From Camelus dromedarius (taxonomy: Eukaryota), in contig NC_087436.1 of the NCBI RefSeq assembly GCF_036321535.1, positions 72,108,001 through 72,172,000 on the forward strand: a stretch of DNA of 64,000 nucleotides, in the 5' to 3' direction. Below the pieces are notes generated by a model that was given only the letters and a program-made list of their open reading frames with translations, had not been told where the DNA came from and did not search any database. Position 1 is the first letter of the stretch. The number at the start of each line of letters is the position of its first letter. The position numbers and the translations under genes were made by a program. Below are positions 13,018-27,260 of the stretch, in pieces.

Positions 13018-13264
13018 GGAATTTAAGGATGAACCCTTCTATCCACATATTGTCTGAATGCCTGGGAGATATCTGTTAGAAATCAGAATCTATATTTTGA
13101 CCAAAATCCTCGGGAAACTGGGATATAGGTTAAGGAGCGAGAAGCCCTGATGCAGATAATCGCCTTACTCCTAGGTATAAAACAGTACTAAGGGTAACAC
13201 ATCAAGGCAAGATACTAAAGTCATGACTTAGTTTTTTGAGGTTGGATACTCCCATGACCATCAT

Positions 13265-14025
13265 CAACAAAAAGTTTATTGAGGGATTACCATGTAACAG
13301 ATAATGTAATAGATGCTAGAGATACTGCAAGACTTAAAACCGCTGAGGCCCCTGCAGTAATGGGACTTAGTTTCTGGAGGAAGAAGATTGGAAAAAAAAA
13401 AAAACCAAAACAACCACCCACAAACCAAAAGAGCAAATAAAGAAACATGCTGACTTTACATAGCGAAAAATGCTAAGAGAACAACAAAACATCATCCTGT
13501 GATGCAGCCCATTAGAGAGGGCATTTTAGAGCAGGTGATCAGGAGGCCTGAAATATTAAACTGAAACCTGGATAATTGGAAAGAGCCAGCCTTGTGAAGA
13601 GTCAAGGAGCGTGTCCCAAGCAAGAGATGCTAGTGCCACGTCCTGTGTGCAGGACTAAACTTGGCATGTTTGAAGGAAAGAAAGAAGGGAAGAGTGGCCC
13701 AGGATGAGGTTCTAAAGTCCCCCAGGCCAGATCATGCTGGACTTTAGAGAATCCTTAGGGTAAGGTAAGAAGCCTGCAGCAGGAAGCTTTGGAGGGTTCA
13801 AGCAGAATACTGTGCTCCACTATAGAGAGACATTCTGGTGGCTGGGCGAGAATGGATTGTAGGGGCAGGGAATGAAGCAGGGGGTCTAATTAGGACGCTG
13901 TTGCTGTTGTTCAGACAAGAGATAGTGGTGGCTTGAACCAGGTGGTGAGAAGTTGTTGGTTGTTGGAAGTGGAGCTGATTGGACTTGGCTGTGGGGCTGG
14001 GTATAGAGATGAAGGAACGGAACAA
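13265..14025 (-). mobile_element. L2 fragment
   Basis: caacaaaaagtttattgag start and ...gacaagagatagtggtggcttgaaccaggtgg L2 antisense motifs. Confidence 0.6.
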
Positions 14026-15004
14026 CTAGGTTGGTATCTAGCTTATACTGGGATCTTGCTTCTCATTGTTTCATGACTTAAACTTTCATGTCAGGTTTTT
14101 CTAGTAGATACCTTATACAGTTTTTTTTTAAGCCAGTTAAAAAGTAAACACAGGTGTGCCACACAACACCCGTCATTACTGGAGTAGATACAGGCTGGCT
14201 GTAAAATAACACCCTTTGTGTATGAACAGCTGGGGAATTTTGTGCTTATTGAGGATAACTACCTTGATTTCACAGTCCGATGCCCCTTGTTCCCTTGGGA
14301 TGGGGAAACACTCTGTCTATTCTGTTCATGAAGCCTTTCGCTTATTTTATTGATATGGCTTTCAGCATCTTGGACCACTGGGATTGTTTCTAGATTTTCT
14401 GAAACACAACAGGTGGTCAGTGGTCCTCAGGGCCATCTGCTTGAGTGTGAACTAGAGACAGGAGCTTTCCTGACACCCCGGCTCTTACAGGGCTCTTCTG
14501 TGATGCCACCATGACTTTGACTACTGATTCTCCTTCCATTTGGGGAAAAAACACATTAAGCAACCTCCCTGTTTCTATTTTGGGCATTTTCCCTCTACTC
14601 TCTACACTCTATCCAGAATATATAGAACATAAGTAATCGTATCATCTACTTTGCTTAACATCCTTAAATGTATCTCCACCACTCTTGGGATAAAAATCCC
14701 AAACCCCCATCACAGCAGGTAAAGCTCTGGTTGGCCTCTCTTCATCTTTAGCCTCTTTTCAAGAGATGCTTTTCCCAGGCACACTAGGAACTTTCACTCA
14801 CTGGAACTCCGTGCCCCCTCTGGCTGTGAGGATGTCCAGCAGACCCCATATATCAGGAGTACTCTCTCGCTGACTCCCTTAAACCAGTTAGCTACCTGAT
14901 GCTCAGATCTGTGGACCCCCTGGCTTAGGCTAGATCCTTATTCTCTCATAGGAGTGGGTTCCTTTCCTGCTGAACACTTATCTCAGTTGGTCGTCGGGCC
15001 TTTA

Positions 15005-15195
15005 GCCCTGTGGTTCTCACTGTGATTCCCAGAGCAGTAGCATCTGCACCACCTGGGAACCTGAAGTTACATGTACAAATGCTGGCTCCAGCCTGGACCT
15101 CCTGGATCAGAAATTCTGGGAATGGGGCCCAGCAGTCTTTATTTTAACAAGCCCTCCAGTGATTCTGATGACGGCTCAAGTTGAAGACTTCCAGC
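15005..15195. mobile_element. MER5A-like DNA transposon inserted in an L2 remnant
   Basis: gtggttctca...atcagaaattctgggaatggggcccagcagtc...ttttaacaagccctccagtgattctgatg. Confidence 0.75.
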
Positions 15196-18100
15196 TTCAG
15201 ACCACAACTTCCATGAGAATAAGGTTCTTGTCTGTTTTTGTTCAAAGCTGCTCACCCTAGCTTCTAGCATAGCATCTGGACCCTGACGTGCTCTCAGTAA
15301 TTATTTGTTTAGGGAATAAAATATTGAAAGTTGAATCCTGACCTACTTTTAGAGGAGGAGAGATCTTCTACCAGTGTAGCTAACACGACCAGAAATTCAA
15401 GTAAACTCGGTGTCATCTATTTCTAGTCTTTGAATCTTGACTTCATCGGACTTTCTATTGAAACATTTTCAGTGTGTCTTGGGCACATGGATGTTCTTGT
15501 TTTTTTAATGGATGAAAGTGATCAACTAGGTAAATGTGGAGTAGATGAATTTTATTGAGAATAACTGTCATCCTGATACACTCAATGACTGTTGACAATA
15601 TATGCTCATTGAAAATATTGGATATAAAGCTTAAGGACCTTTTTCACCTTTCTGGAGGTGACAGTATTGACCTTTTGGTGAAACTGTGACATCCAATTTC
15701 TCATAATGAAATTTTATTTTTGCAAGACATCAAATATGAATAATGGGAATTTTTTCATAATTTTTAAAAAAACAAACCCCACATGGAAAAAAATTCCTCA
15801 GTTTTAAAGGAGATGGTCCTATATGTGTTTCAAACTTTTTACCCCAGCTTTAAAAAGAAAAATCCTGACTCCTATAAAAATATGTTAGGAGGGCTCCCTT
15901 CTCCTTTATCAAAGAAGGAAGTCCAGCAGCCTTGAGGAGAGCAGTGCCCTCTATTCATACAGCTACCTGCAAGGCACGCTGGAGCTTGCAGTGTTTGCTC
16001 CAGTTCCTTTGATCAAGAGAAGACCCTGGCTGTGGAACATGGGCAAATGTTACCCTCAGGCTCTACTGGCTAGGTAGGAGGCAGCCTCTGGAACACTAGC
16101 TCTTTGTGCTGAATATGTGCTCAGAGGAGCAGATGGCTGGTTCCTTTGTTTCAGCAAAGGGTGCCAGCCAACATGCTTGCAAAATGAAACTGTTTGGAAT
16201 GATGCACTTTCTGCTAAAATTTATTACATCATGCTAATTAAAGTGAGTTAGTAAGGACAGGAATGCACACTTGCCTTGTGGCTGCAGTTGGAAGAGTTGC
16301 AGCCTGCGAGGGTTTATATTAGGTTCCTAAGTGGGAGAAAAATTCTAACAGATTCTGAGAGTGGAATCTGATTTGCATTCTAAAACAGATTTAACCTTCT
16401 TTTTGGTATTTACTCACCCCTAAAGTGCCCTTATTTCAATGTAGGACCTGAAATGAAAATGCTACTTTGAAAGCAACCATATGGGACCATTTTTTTCCCC
16501 AAATAGTCACCTCACTTAGAATATTTACCATGTGAAGCAACAGAGCAGCGATAACCCCAGGCAACAAAACAGCAACTGGAAACTTAGCCATTTGAGCATG
16601 AAGCTAACTTATGCTAATACTCTTTAGTCAGGGAAGTTGCTAAACTCAAGAGAATTCTTATCCAGTAGTAAGACGTAAATATTACGTTGCTTACTGTGTT
16701 ATTCAATCAAGATCTCTTATTTCATGACCATATGTAGTTCTCAAGAAATTTGTTGAAAGCAAAATTTCCATTAAGGAGATTCTATTTTCCTATTTTCATA
16801 TATTTCTGTGCATGAAAATAAACATCCCTTAATAAGTTGGTGATTTCTGTCTTGTTTGCCAGAATAATGCCTCCTGCAGAGTAGGAGCTGAATTATTAGG
16901 TGAGTAAGTAAATGAATGAAGGTGTTTGCCAGATTTATGACAAGCTGGGTATCACAGGTGGTTAGTGGTGCCATTAAAATTTCTGATGACTATTTTGTAA
17001 AGATTTCCCCCTGCTCCAGAAGTTTTGTTTATTTTAAGTGGTCAGACGTTCTCAAACTTTATTCCTTTCCTTCTCTGAGCAGTGGTTCCTAGACTTCCGG
17101 ATGCATCAGAATCACCTGAGTAGTTCTGGGGCGGAGCACAGTGTCTGCATTGTCAGCAGGCATCTGATGGGGAGGTAGGCAGTCCATGGCCCACATTTTG
17201 GAAATGCTGTCTTCAAGTCTAGTGTTTGTATAAATGCTGCATGATTTTATTTGGAGTCTGGAGTGCCAATAATACATGGACACTAGGGCCTGAGAGGGCC
17301 TCAGAGCTATAGAAGATAAACAAGTTCTCAATTCAGTCAACTCAAAATATGACACAAAATAAGGGTCGCTAGAAATGCAGACACTTCTTTGAAAATATCC
17401 TCCTCCCAAATTTGTGGCTTCATTGTGACGTGTTTCATTATAAGCCACTCATAAAATGGGAATGCATACAGGTTTTCAGATTTTGTTAGTTTTCTCTCTC
17501 CTTTTATACTTCTAATCATTAGAATGTATTTATCAAGAATATCTTCAGAGGTAAAAAAATTACAGAGTTCTGATTTTTAAAGGTATTTTGTAGGAAAGTG
17601 ATTGATAAATTCTGACTGAGGGCTATGGCCGTCAAAACTAACTATTCATGTACCACTTTCATGAGTTTGGCCAACTCCAAGTACCATCTCTTATCACTTA
17701 ATATTTTTCTAGTTGACTCTTCTTTTAAGTAAGTTTTTATTTGTCCTGTGCAATAATGTTTGTGAAATCAAAGATTGTATGTGCTAGTTATATTTTTCTA
17801 ATACATTCTTTAAGTGTTCAAATAAAAAAATAATTATCTGTGTCCAACCTAAAATCATCTCATGTACCAAGGTCATCCTGATACCCCACCTTAGGAAATA
17901 GGACACAAAAGATGCTCAGGTCTTACCTTCAAAGGGCTTACCTTCTACCTTGGGAAACCAAGCAATTTTATGAGATAATAAAACAAGCTGTTGGTGGAGG
18001 GAAAGCGCATCAAAGTGTTTTAGAAACCCAATTAGTAGCAATAACACGAGATTTACTTGGATGCTTTTATCCAGTAATTCCACTACTGTGAACTAGCCCT

Positions 18101-20599
18101 TGTGCTATTCAAAAAGCTTGAAGCCATCTTGAAGGTCAAAATTAAAGGAATGTTTATGACATTTCTGTATCATTGAATGCTACAGTATCATTAAGATCAT
18201 CTTTAGGAAGCTTTTTTTTTTTAACAGTATGGGGAAATATTTGCAGCACAGTGAAAAACAATGTACAGTATAATCTCAATTATATAAAATAGAATCCTTA
18301 GAAGATGAGGAATATGATAAAACTCAACAGTGCATTTTTTTTCTGAGTAGTGAGATTATGGATAGTTTTTATTCTTTTAATCTACATGTTTCCAGATTTT
18401 CTCAGCTCTTATAATTAATCTAAACATATAAAATATAATAATTTATAAAATAATCATAATTTTTATATTTAGGAAATAAATATTTTAAAAGAACAATTTC
18501 ACTAGTAGTTAACAAGCTAATTAAAATCTTATTGCCATTCAGGGAGGATTTCATGGGAAAAGTGAGGAACTGAGACTGGGAAACTATAAAATATTGCAAA
18601 AGAAACAAAAGTTGACTTGGTAACTACCAGTGTGTGGAATAGGTTTTTGTTTCAGGGAAAAGCCTTGATTTTCATACTGTGACTACATGAGATGAATAAA
18701 AGGAAGGACTGGTTATCCAGGATGAGAAGTTACCATCGGCTGATCAGGGCTAAAGATGAAATAGACATAAATCAATTTAGAACAGAACCAGGAGCTTCAT
18801 GAAGGTGGAAGAAAGCTGTTCTAGAGAAACTGAGGATTCTAGGAACAGAAAGAACCTGGAGAATAAAGAGAAACACGCGTATAAATAGCAGAGATTGGGA
18901 AGAACAGAACTACCCCTCAAAGCAGACAAGAGTTAGGTAGGGCACTGGGGCTTTTCTAGGACATTTGTCTTGAGGCTTTGCTGGGGAAGAGAAGTCCCAG
19001 TTCATGGAGATGCAAGCGAGCACAGACAGGGGACTGTGGATTGCTATTTGGATTACGTGGTGCCTGTTTAGAGTGTATTTTAATCTGATCTAAAGGTTTG
19101 AGTGAGAAAAGACCCTGCTTCCTCAGGAATCTAAGAGGTGAAGAGCAGCTGCACTGCTGAAGTAGCCCAAGGGAGAATGGCCGAGAGGTGGGCCCCAGGA
19201 GTAGTTAGCAATGCACTGGAAGAGGGAGATGGGAATCATGACTTCATGTGCTGAACGGAGTCAAGCAGAGTTTAATAACAGGAAAATACGTACATGGGTT
19301 TGTACAATCTTTTCTTATGCTGTGTACTGTTCCTTCTCGAAACTTCCCTCCCAGTGTGATAAATCTCTTTTCTAGGTTGACTAAACTTTCCTGGTTGCAC
19401 AGAAGACATTTAGGCAAAAGAAACGCTGGTGCAGACCCGGAGCTACTGTTTTTGGAGACACCTCTGTTGCTTCCGTAATTTTCTCTGGGAGGAGGCAAAT
19501 GTGGCAGGGGGACATTCTTGGGGGTGGTCCTGGGCTCTTATCCTGATCTGCCCCTTCTGTCATCCTCTTGCCTTTCATCCACAGCCTCTCCCATCTTCTC
19601 CATCATCTAGCTTGAACCTCAGTCACCTCCTGCTTCTCCTGCAGATCACTTACATCCTTTTCTCATCTTTTTTTCTTTCCAAACTCTCATCTCTCAGGTC
19701 CTCTCAACAATGTCCATCCTGTTACCATGTCCATCTCTTACCACTCTCTACAGTCTTTCTGTCTCCCTTTTGTTTTTTGTGGATATTACCTCTTCTGACC
19801 TTCATTATCAGTCATCTGTACTTAACATTTTAAAAATTAATTTCTCAGTCTTCCAGTTTCCCATCTCTCCAACTTCCTTCTTGTTCCTGCATCTCCATCA
19901 ACACTTATTACCTTGACATCCCAAAGTGGTGTCTCATATAAATACCTGCTACGTCACTGCTCCTCCTCTCTGTTCAGAGTCCACATTCCTTCTTTGCATC
20001 CAACATACTTCTGCCTTGCCTTCTTGTCTCCTGGTTTTCCATCTTCATTTCACTCTTTTCTAACCTGGGACCTTGAATCTTTTCTATTCACACTAATTCC
20101 CTTGGTGATCTTATTCAATCTCTAATGTTACGCGTCTAGGACTGACCCCCTAATCTTCTCCCCTAAACCTGCTCCTCTGTAGTCTTTTTAATATCAGAGA
20201 GTGTTAATCCACTTGTCTAGACCAAAATCTTTGATTATTCTCTTTCTCTCATATTCCACATCTAATCATTGAGGAAGTCCTATTGTCCCTTCCTTCAAAA
20301 TATACTCAGAATCTGACCCCTTTTTCCCTACTTCCATCACTGCCACCTGGTCCAAACCACCAGCACCTCTACTCTGGCCTATCAGCTCCTTGATAGTTTC
20401 TCTGCTTCTACTTTTGTCCCCTTTTCAGTCTGTTCTTCAAGCAGCAGCCAGACCAATCCAGTCACTCATGTACTTAATATTCTTCGATGGTTTCTCATCT
20501 TGTAAGTGGGAAAGATGACTGTATCCTTCTTTTAGGAGGCTGGGGTATACTCCACAAATGATGGAATAGTAGAGTAACATAACACAGGTGTATAGTTAC

Positions 20600-20664
20600 C
20601 TGGTAATGAACGTCCTCTCGTTGATGAAGATCCAGGAGGGGGACTGGTGAGCCATCATGGTCAT
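20600..20664 (-). CDS. RASSF6: RASSF6 first coding segment (exon 2, whole exon 20600-20697): [21 protein letters not shown] + AG
   Basis: Acceptor ttttaAG|GTGTCC at 20697, gagATGACCATGATG start at 20664, donor ACCAG|GTaact at 20600. 65 nt = 21 codons + 2. Confidence 0.96.
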
Positions 20665-22198
20665 CTCTTCCCCCTTTCTGAGATCATGGGAGGACACCTT
20701 AAAACATTAGAATAATATTAATGGTATGTTCCTGTGATGCATTCATAAATTAGTTTCTGACAAAGTGAAATTGTTTCTTGTGTCCCTAGTGTGTGAAAGT
20801 ATTTTGGGGGGAGTTTTTAAGTAGAGTTTAACGTATGGACATAAAGGTTTGGTTGGGGAGGGAAAGAAAGAGATTTTTTTTTTTTTTTTTTTTTTTTACC
20901 ACGTGCCTGCTTTGGGTCCTATGCTTAGAATGTGAGCTGTTTTATGGATGTGATCTTATTTACTCCTCAGACCATCCCAGCAAGGCAGGGGTGTCATTAT
21001 CTCCATTTCAGACACTTACTAAGTAGTGGAACAAATGATTTGAATTAAGGTCTGAATGTCTTTAAGGTTTCCTCTTTTTTCTTTTTACCAACATTGTTTT
21101 TGCAGTTTGGAAAAGGTTTACAGATTAATTCTTTTGTGATTTTCTATAAATTGGTCTGTTCTAAGATTCTTTTCAAAGATTTTTTTCCTATGTTTAAGGC
21201 AATTAATACTCAGAATAAGTGAAATGTTCTCAAAAGTCTTCAACTATAAGAAAACAAACTTAGAGTTTAAAGTTTTAACTGTAACTCACTTTGAGTGGGT
21301 TTCTAGGAGGCATCCTCCGAACCTGCTCTTCATGGTTATTCACATAAGTCACAAAATAATTTGTTTCGGGAACACTGTGTTGTTTTCTCTGTCCTCTTCC
21401 AGCCCCTCCTCCACCCCTATAAGCTTTACAATATTAAGGTGTTTTACTTTATTCTTATTACTCAATATGTGCTTTTGAAAAAAATCAATTTTACTCTCTT
21501 TTGATATTAGTTTCCCATTTTAAATTGAAAATGATATTCTTTATATAATTTAGGGAAAATAGTAGTAAAGGAAAAAGAACATACAAATGTTCCTCTGTCA
21601 TGTCAAAATTTAATTTTCAAAGTCTAAAGAAAGATGACAAAGAGGGTATATGAAGAAATACTAGAAGAGCCAGAAATACAGAGATTGACATATGTTTTTC
21701 CCCTTGGTGATCAGTTTGAGAGACTGACACCTGTGTAACAGAGCGACAGGAAGAAAGGCAGACCAAGCAGAACAAGAGCTCTGAGAGAGAACAACACAAA
21801 CCACGTGCTAATGATTCTCAAATTTGTAAGTGGGTCAAAGTTGTGCTGATAATCACGCTAAAGTTGATGATAAAATGCTCCTGGTGATAAAATGTACCCA
21901 GTATGTCTCACTTTGGCATAATTCCCTATATAAGGAATCCTATTTCCAAGTTTTTAGTATTTGATTTGGAATATGTGCTAAGATTTCCTTTTTCATTTTT
22001 CAGTTTATCCACAGTTCTGCTACAACCAGGAGTTAGTGATTTAAAAGTGATTCTTCTGCTCCATCCCTGCAAATGCACAGATGGGCTTAGGGTGTTTGAA
22101 GCTGCTGGTTCTTGGTACAGAGCTTATATTTTACTGAGAATACAAAAAGGGGAAAAGAGAGGCCCCATGAGGAATTCTGCCTGGCTGAAATAATGTTT

Positions 22199-24003
22199 TT
22201 GTAATTTCTTTCATCAATGGTTTATAGTTTTCTGTGTGTAATTCTTTCACCTCCTTGGTTTGATTTATTCCTAGGTATTTTATTACTTTGGGTGCTCTTG
22301 GATTTGAAGAATCAATATTGTGAAGATGGTCACACTGCCCAAGGCAATCTACAGATCTAATGCAGTCCCTATCAAATTACCCAGGACATATTTCACAGAA
22401 CTAGAACAAATCATAATAAAATTTATATGGAACCATCAAAGACCGAGAATTGCCAAAGCATTACTGAAAAGAAAGAAAGAAGCTGGAGGAATAACTCTCC
22501 CAGACTTCAGACAAAACTATAGAGCTATAGTCATCAAGACAGCATGGTATTGGTACAAATACAGACATATAGACCAGTGGAACAGAATAGAGAGCCCAGA
22601 AATGAACCCACAAACTTTTGGTTAACTAATCTTTGACAAAGGAGGCAAGAATATACAATGGAATAAAGACAGTCTCTTCAGCAGATGGTGTTGGGAAAAC
22701 CAGACAGCAGCTTGTAAAGCAATGAAGCTAGAACACTACCTTACACCATACACAAAAATAAACTCAAAATGGATCAAAGACTTAAACATAAGACGATACA
22801 ATAAACCTCCTTGAAGAAAATATAGGCAAAACATTATCTGACTGTTCTCCTAGAACAGTCTACTCAAGCAATAGAAATAAAAGCAAGAATAAACAAATGG
22901 GATCTAATTAAACTTATAAGCTTCTGCACAGCAAAGGAAACCATAAGTAAAACAAAAACACAACCTACGGAATCAGAGAAAATTTTTGCAAATGGAACCG
23001 ACAAAGGCTTGATCTCCAGAATATTTAAGCAGCTAATACGACTTAAGAAACAACCATACAACCCAATCCAAAAATGGGCAGAAGACCTAAACAAGCAATT
23101 CTCCAAGGAAGACATACAAATGATCAATAGGCACATGAAAAAATGCTCAGTATCACTAATTATCAGAGAAATGCAAATCAAAACTACAATGAGGTATCAC
23201 CTCACAGCAGTCAGAATAGCCATCATTCAAAAGTCCACAAATGACAAATGCTGGAGAGGCTGTGGAGAAAGGGGAATCCTTCTTCATCGCTGGTGGGAAT
23301 GCAGTTTGGCGCAGCCACTGTGGGAAACAGTATGGAGATTCCTCAAAAGACTAGGAATAGACTTACCATATGACCCAGGAATCCCTCTCCTGGGCATATA
23401 TCCAGAAGGAACCCTACTTCAGGATGACACCTGCACCCCAATGTTCATAGCAGCACTATTTACAATAGCCAAGACATGGAGACAGCCTAAATGTCCAACC
23501 ATGGATGACTGGATAAAGAAGAGGTGGTATATTTATACAATGGAACACTACTCAGCCATAAAAACCGACAACATAACACCATTTGCAGCAACGTGGATGC
23601 TCCTGGAGAATGTCATTCTAAATGAAGTAAGCCAGAAAGAGAAAGAAAAATACCATATGAGATCGCTCATATGTGGAATCTAAAAAAAAAAAAAAAAACC
23701 AAAACAAACAAACAAAGCATAAATACAAAACAGAAACAGACTCACAGACATAGAATACAAACTTGTGGTTGCCAAGGGGGGGGGGCAGGGTGGGAAGGGA
23801 TAGATGGGATTTCAAAATTGTAGAATAGATAAACAAGATTATACTGTATAGCACAGGGAAATATACACAAGATCTTATGGTAGCTCACAGAAAAAATATG
23901 ACAATGAATATATATATGTTCATGTATAACTGAAAAATTGTACTCTACACTGGAATTTGACACAACATTGTAAAGTGATTATAAATCAATAAATAATGTT
24001 TAA
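22199..24003 (+). mobile_element. Young camelid-type LINE-1, 5'-truncated, with 5' inversion (22199-22296 antisense); probable TSD AAATAATGTTT (22188-22198 / 24004-24014)
   Basis: ORFs 22320..22625 and 23009..23683 are L1 ORF2 (…LPKAIYR…IKLP…; …[24 protein letters not shown]…ICGI*). Frameshifts and stops lie between them; 3' UTR with G-tract follows. Confidence 0.95.
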
Positions 24004-25959
24004 AAATAATGTTTCTAAAGTCTTCCTGGTTTTATATTTTATAGTAAAATTTCTAGAATTTTTGGACAAAAATTAGCTGTCTTGCTGTCATATTTTAAAA
24101 TAAAATTTCCAGACTTGTGAAAAAAATTCATTCAGTTTGAAACTTCTGTTTATAAAACAGCTCAATGTTATCTTCTTTAAAAGGATATTGAATTCCCAAA
24201 GGTTTCTACAATCCTCAAAGAGGTATTTTGCAATCATTGACATTTTTTTGGCAACATGAGAATACAAGATAGCTAAGTTAGAGAAGAAATCCTAGGGCAA
24301 TGTTTGGAGGTGTGCAGAAAATAGGAAAAGGTACTATGTAAACAGAAAAACTACAGAAACTGTGGCTCAAAGAAAGGAAGGATCAGCCAATTTGGTAAGT
24401 CTGTTTCTGGAGTATTTCTAGAAAGAATTCTTTTCTGTATGATTTTGTGCAAGGGAGCACAGTCCTTCTATTCCAGCCGAATTCCAACTGGCTGAACCCT
24501 GCCCCATTCCACAAACAGTTTTAAGTTGCCAGGCAGCCAAAATCAAGCTCTGACTCGCAGGGTTGATTAAGTGTGACATAACATCCTTCAAGTCTCCTTC
24601 AGGCTCTGAAAACTGTGGTCTGACATGAATAATATCCTCTTTTATGTCTTCATATAAATGGCATTAGGGTGTGACCAGAGATTTTATATGATGTTTTCCA
24701 GTCATTCCATTTTGTAGAAACCAAGTATTTTGTTACCATTGCTTCAGGCCCGTAGAATCATATAGGGAATGTAGCCAGAGTAGAGAGGTAGGCTAGAGAG
24801 GAAATTTCCATTTTTTATTTTAAAAAAGAAGCGGAAGGAATTTCTTCCTTTTCCTACTGAATCAGGTCATTTTGGTTGGGGTAAAGTGTGTGGAAGATGT
24901 TTCATGTTGTCTTTCTGAATACCAGTCCCCCCCCCCCAAAAAAAAGAAAAGAAAAGAAAAACGAAAGAAAGAAAAAGAAGGAAAACAAAAACTATTTTCA
25001 CAAAATCAGTGATGCATATTTTTCCTTATAGCACATTGTTAGCTTGAAATCATGTAATCTATTGGAAGGCTATGAGCACTCTAAGCTGAATGCTTGACTA
25101 GTTCCCCTAATGCTTTTACTGTTTTGTTCATCACATCATCTTGTTCACAAACCTTCCTGGGATTTTGTTCTTAGCAAATACAGCCCATGTCCCTTAACCT
25201 GACATTTCAGGCTTTCTGCAGCTCCACCCAAACCTACCTTTCTAAACTCAGAATTGAAGGTTTCTTTAACACCAGGCCTTCTAGTCTATTGGAATTGCGT
25301 ATCATCAAGTCTCTTCTCACCATTTCCCTTGTACCAAAGGGCCCTCGTCCCTGAAGGCCCTAATCTCTGCTTCCTTCCAGTCCCTGCTCCAGTGGGACCC
25401 CATCAGTTCCCATAGCCTACTTCCTACACTGCTGTGAGGCCGCTTTCTGCTGCCCACTGGTCTTGTCATCACTGATTTACACCTTAACTCATTTTCTACT
25501 CATAACCTCTTGCTCCAACAGTGGTGCTCCTTTAGTTAAGAATGTCATTCTCTTTGACAGCACATCATTGGAAGGAGGTTTTGTGGAGGACTCATGCCGG
25601 AAGAGACAGAAGCTTAGCCAAGCAGGTAAATGAACTCTGTAGGTCAGAAGCTCCGTGGGCATTTTAGGCTGCCTTGGGACAGAGAGAGATGCAGCATGCT
25701 CCATGAGCCCAACCAGTCCCAGCTACTCACTCACAAGATTTGGGCTGGGCTGTATGGTTATATAGCCTTTGTTCTTACTTCTAAAGCCCAAATTTTGCCC
25801 ATAGATTTTTGTCATTAAAATCATCCACAGAAAGAGTTTGCAGAAACCTTTCCTTAGTGAGATTTCCTGACAGTGGTCACCTCACTGCCCAAACACTACC
25901 TTCTCCCTCCTGGGTCCAGATTATTTACCATCTATTCTTTTAATTTCCTCCCCGCTGTA

Positions 25960-27260
25960 CCCCTTCGTCCACATTCTAATGACTGGTATCTTGCCAAATG
26001 GTTCATTTTTCTCTCCGCATTTTCTCTGCCTCTTAGCAGCATTTGACACAGCATTTGACAAAGTTGATTGTTCCCTCCTTTGAAACACTTCTTTTTTTTT
26101 TTTGGATACTTTTGAAACAAAAGAGAAAGCACAACAACCTTGCTTTATTTCCTTGCTGTCTCATAGGTCTCAACTTTTTAGTTCCTTTGCTGACTCCTCC
26201 TTTATATGATCATGAAATGCTGACTTGTTCTAATAGTCTGCCCTTAGCCATCCTCTCTTTTCTATCTACATTTTCTTGTAGGTAATCTAACCCATCTCCA
26301 GCCCAGCCTCTCCACTGAGCTCCAGACTCAGGCCACTACCTATTTAGTCTCTACATGGATAACTATCAGGCATCTCAATATCAACACGGCCAAAACAGTA
26401 CCACTGACTTTTTTCCATGCTCCAGAATTCCCTCCTTTACAATTCTTTCTCATCTACCCAACTGGGCACCAAAACTAAAACTTACATTTTTCCTTTTTTA
26501 TCATAACCAGATTCCAATCCAAAAGTAAGTTCTATTGATGGCACCTCCAATATGTAACTCAAGAGCTTTAATTTTCAATGCTGCCACTCTGAGCCAACAC
26601 ACTGCCACCTTTCTCCTGGATTATTCAATCATCCTCCTGACCAGTTTCCCTGCATCTGCCTCATGACCCATATTCCATTCTCTATGCAGCATCCAGGGTG
26701 ATCATTTTAAAGACTGAATCAGATTTTGTCATTCTGTGCTTAAAACCTTGCAAAGATTTTCAAGAGTGAACTAGAATAAAGTATAACCTCCTGGCGATGA
26801 CCCACAAGATCCTGTCAATCTGTTCGATATTCATTCCCTTCATTATTTCCTTCATTGGTTACATTTCGTCTACATGGCCTTCTTTCTGGTTTTCAATCAC
26901 TCCCTAAGCTCATTCCTGCCTCCGGGTTTTGTACTTGCTCCTCCCCCTACTTGGAGCACCTTACCTCAGACTTTCACATGGCTGCCTGTCCCCATCGTTC
27001 GGGTCTCAGTCCCTGTGTCTCCTCTCTCGAAGGCCCTCCCTAAGCAAGTCTCCATTAGTCACAACCACATTATTTTCCTCTAGGTCCATTATCAGTATCT
27101 GAAGGGATCTTATTTACTTACATTGTCTGTCTTCCCCAACTACAATGTGAATGTCTTAAGATACGGACTTTTTGTTTGTTTCCCCGGGTACACCCAGTTC
27201 TTAGGATTTTGCCTGATACACGGAAAGCATTTAATTAATAATTGTTGAGTGACTGACTAA
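25960..27260 (+). mobile_element. L2 fragment (degenerate ORF2 end to 3' tail)
   Basis: cagcagcatttgacaca..., ctccactgagctccagactc, ...taataattgttgagtgactgact L2 motifs. Confidence 0.7.

Noticed and set aside
23009..23683. 224-aa ORF, the longest in the window
   Set aside because: It is the L1 ORF2 C-terminus inside a truncated retrotransposon, not a host gene.
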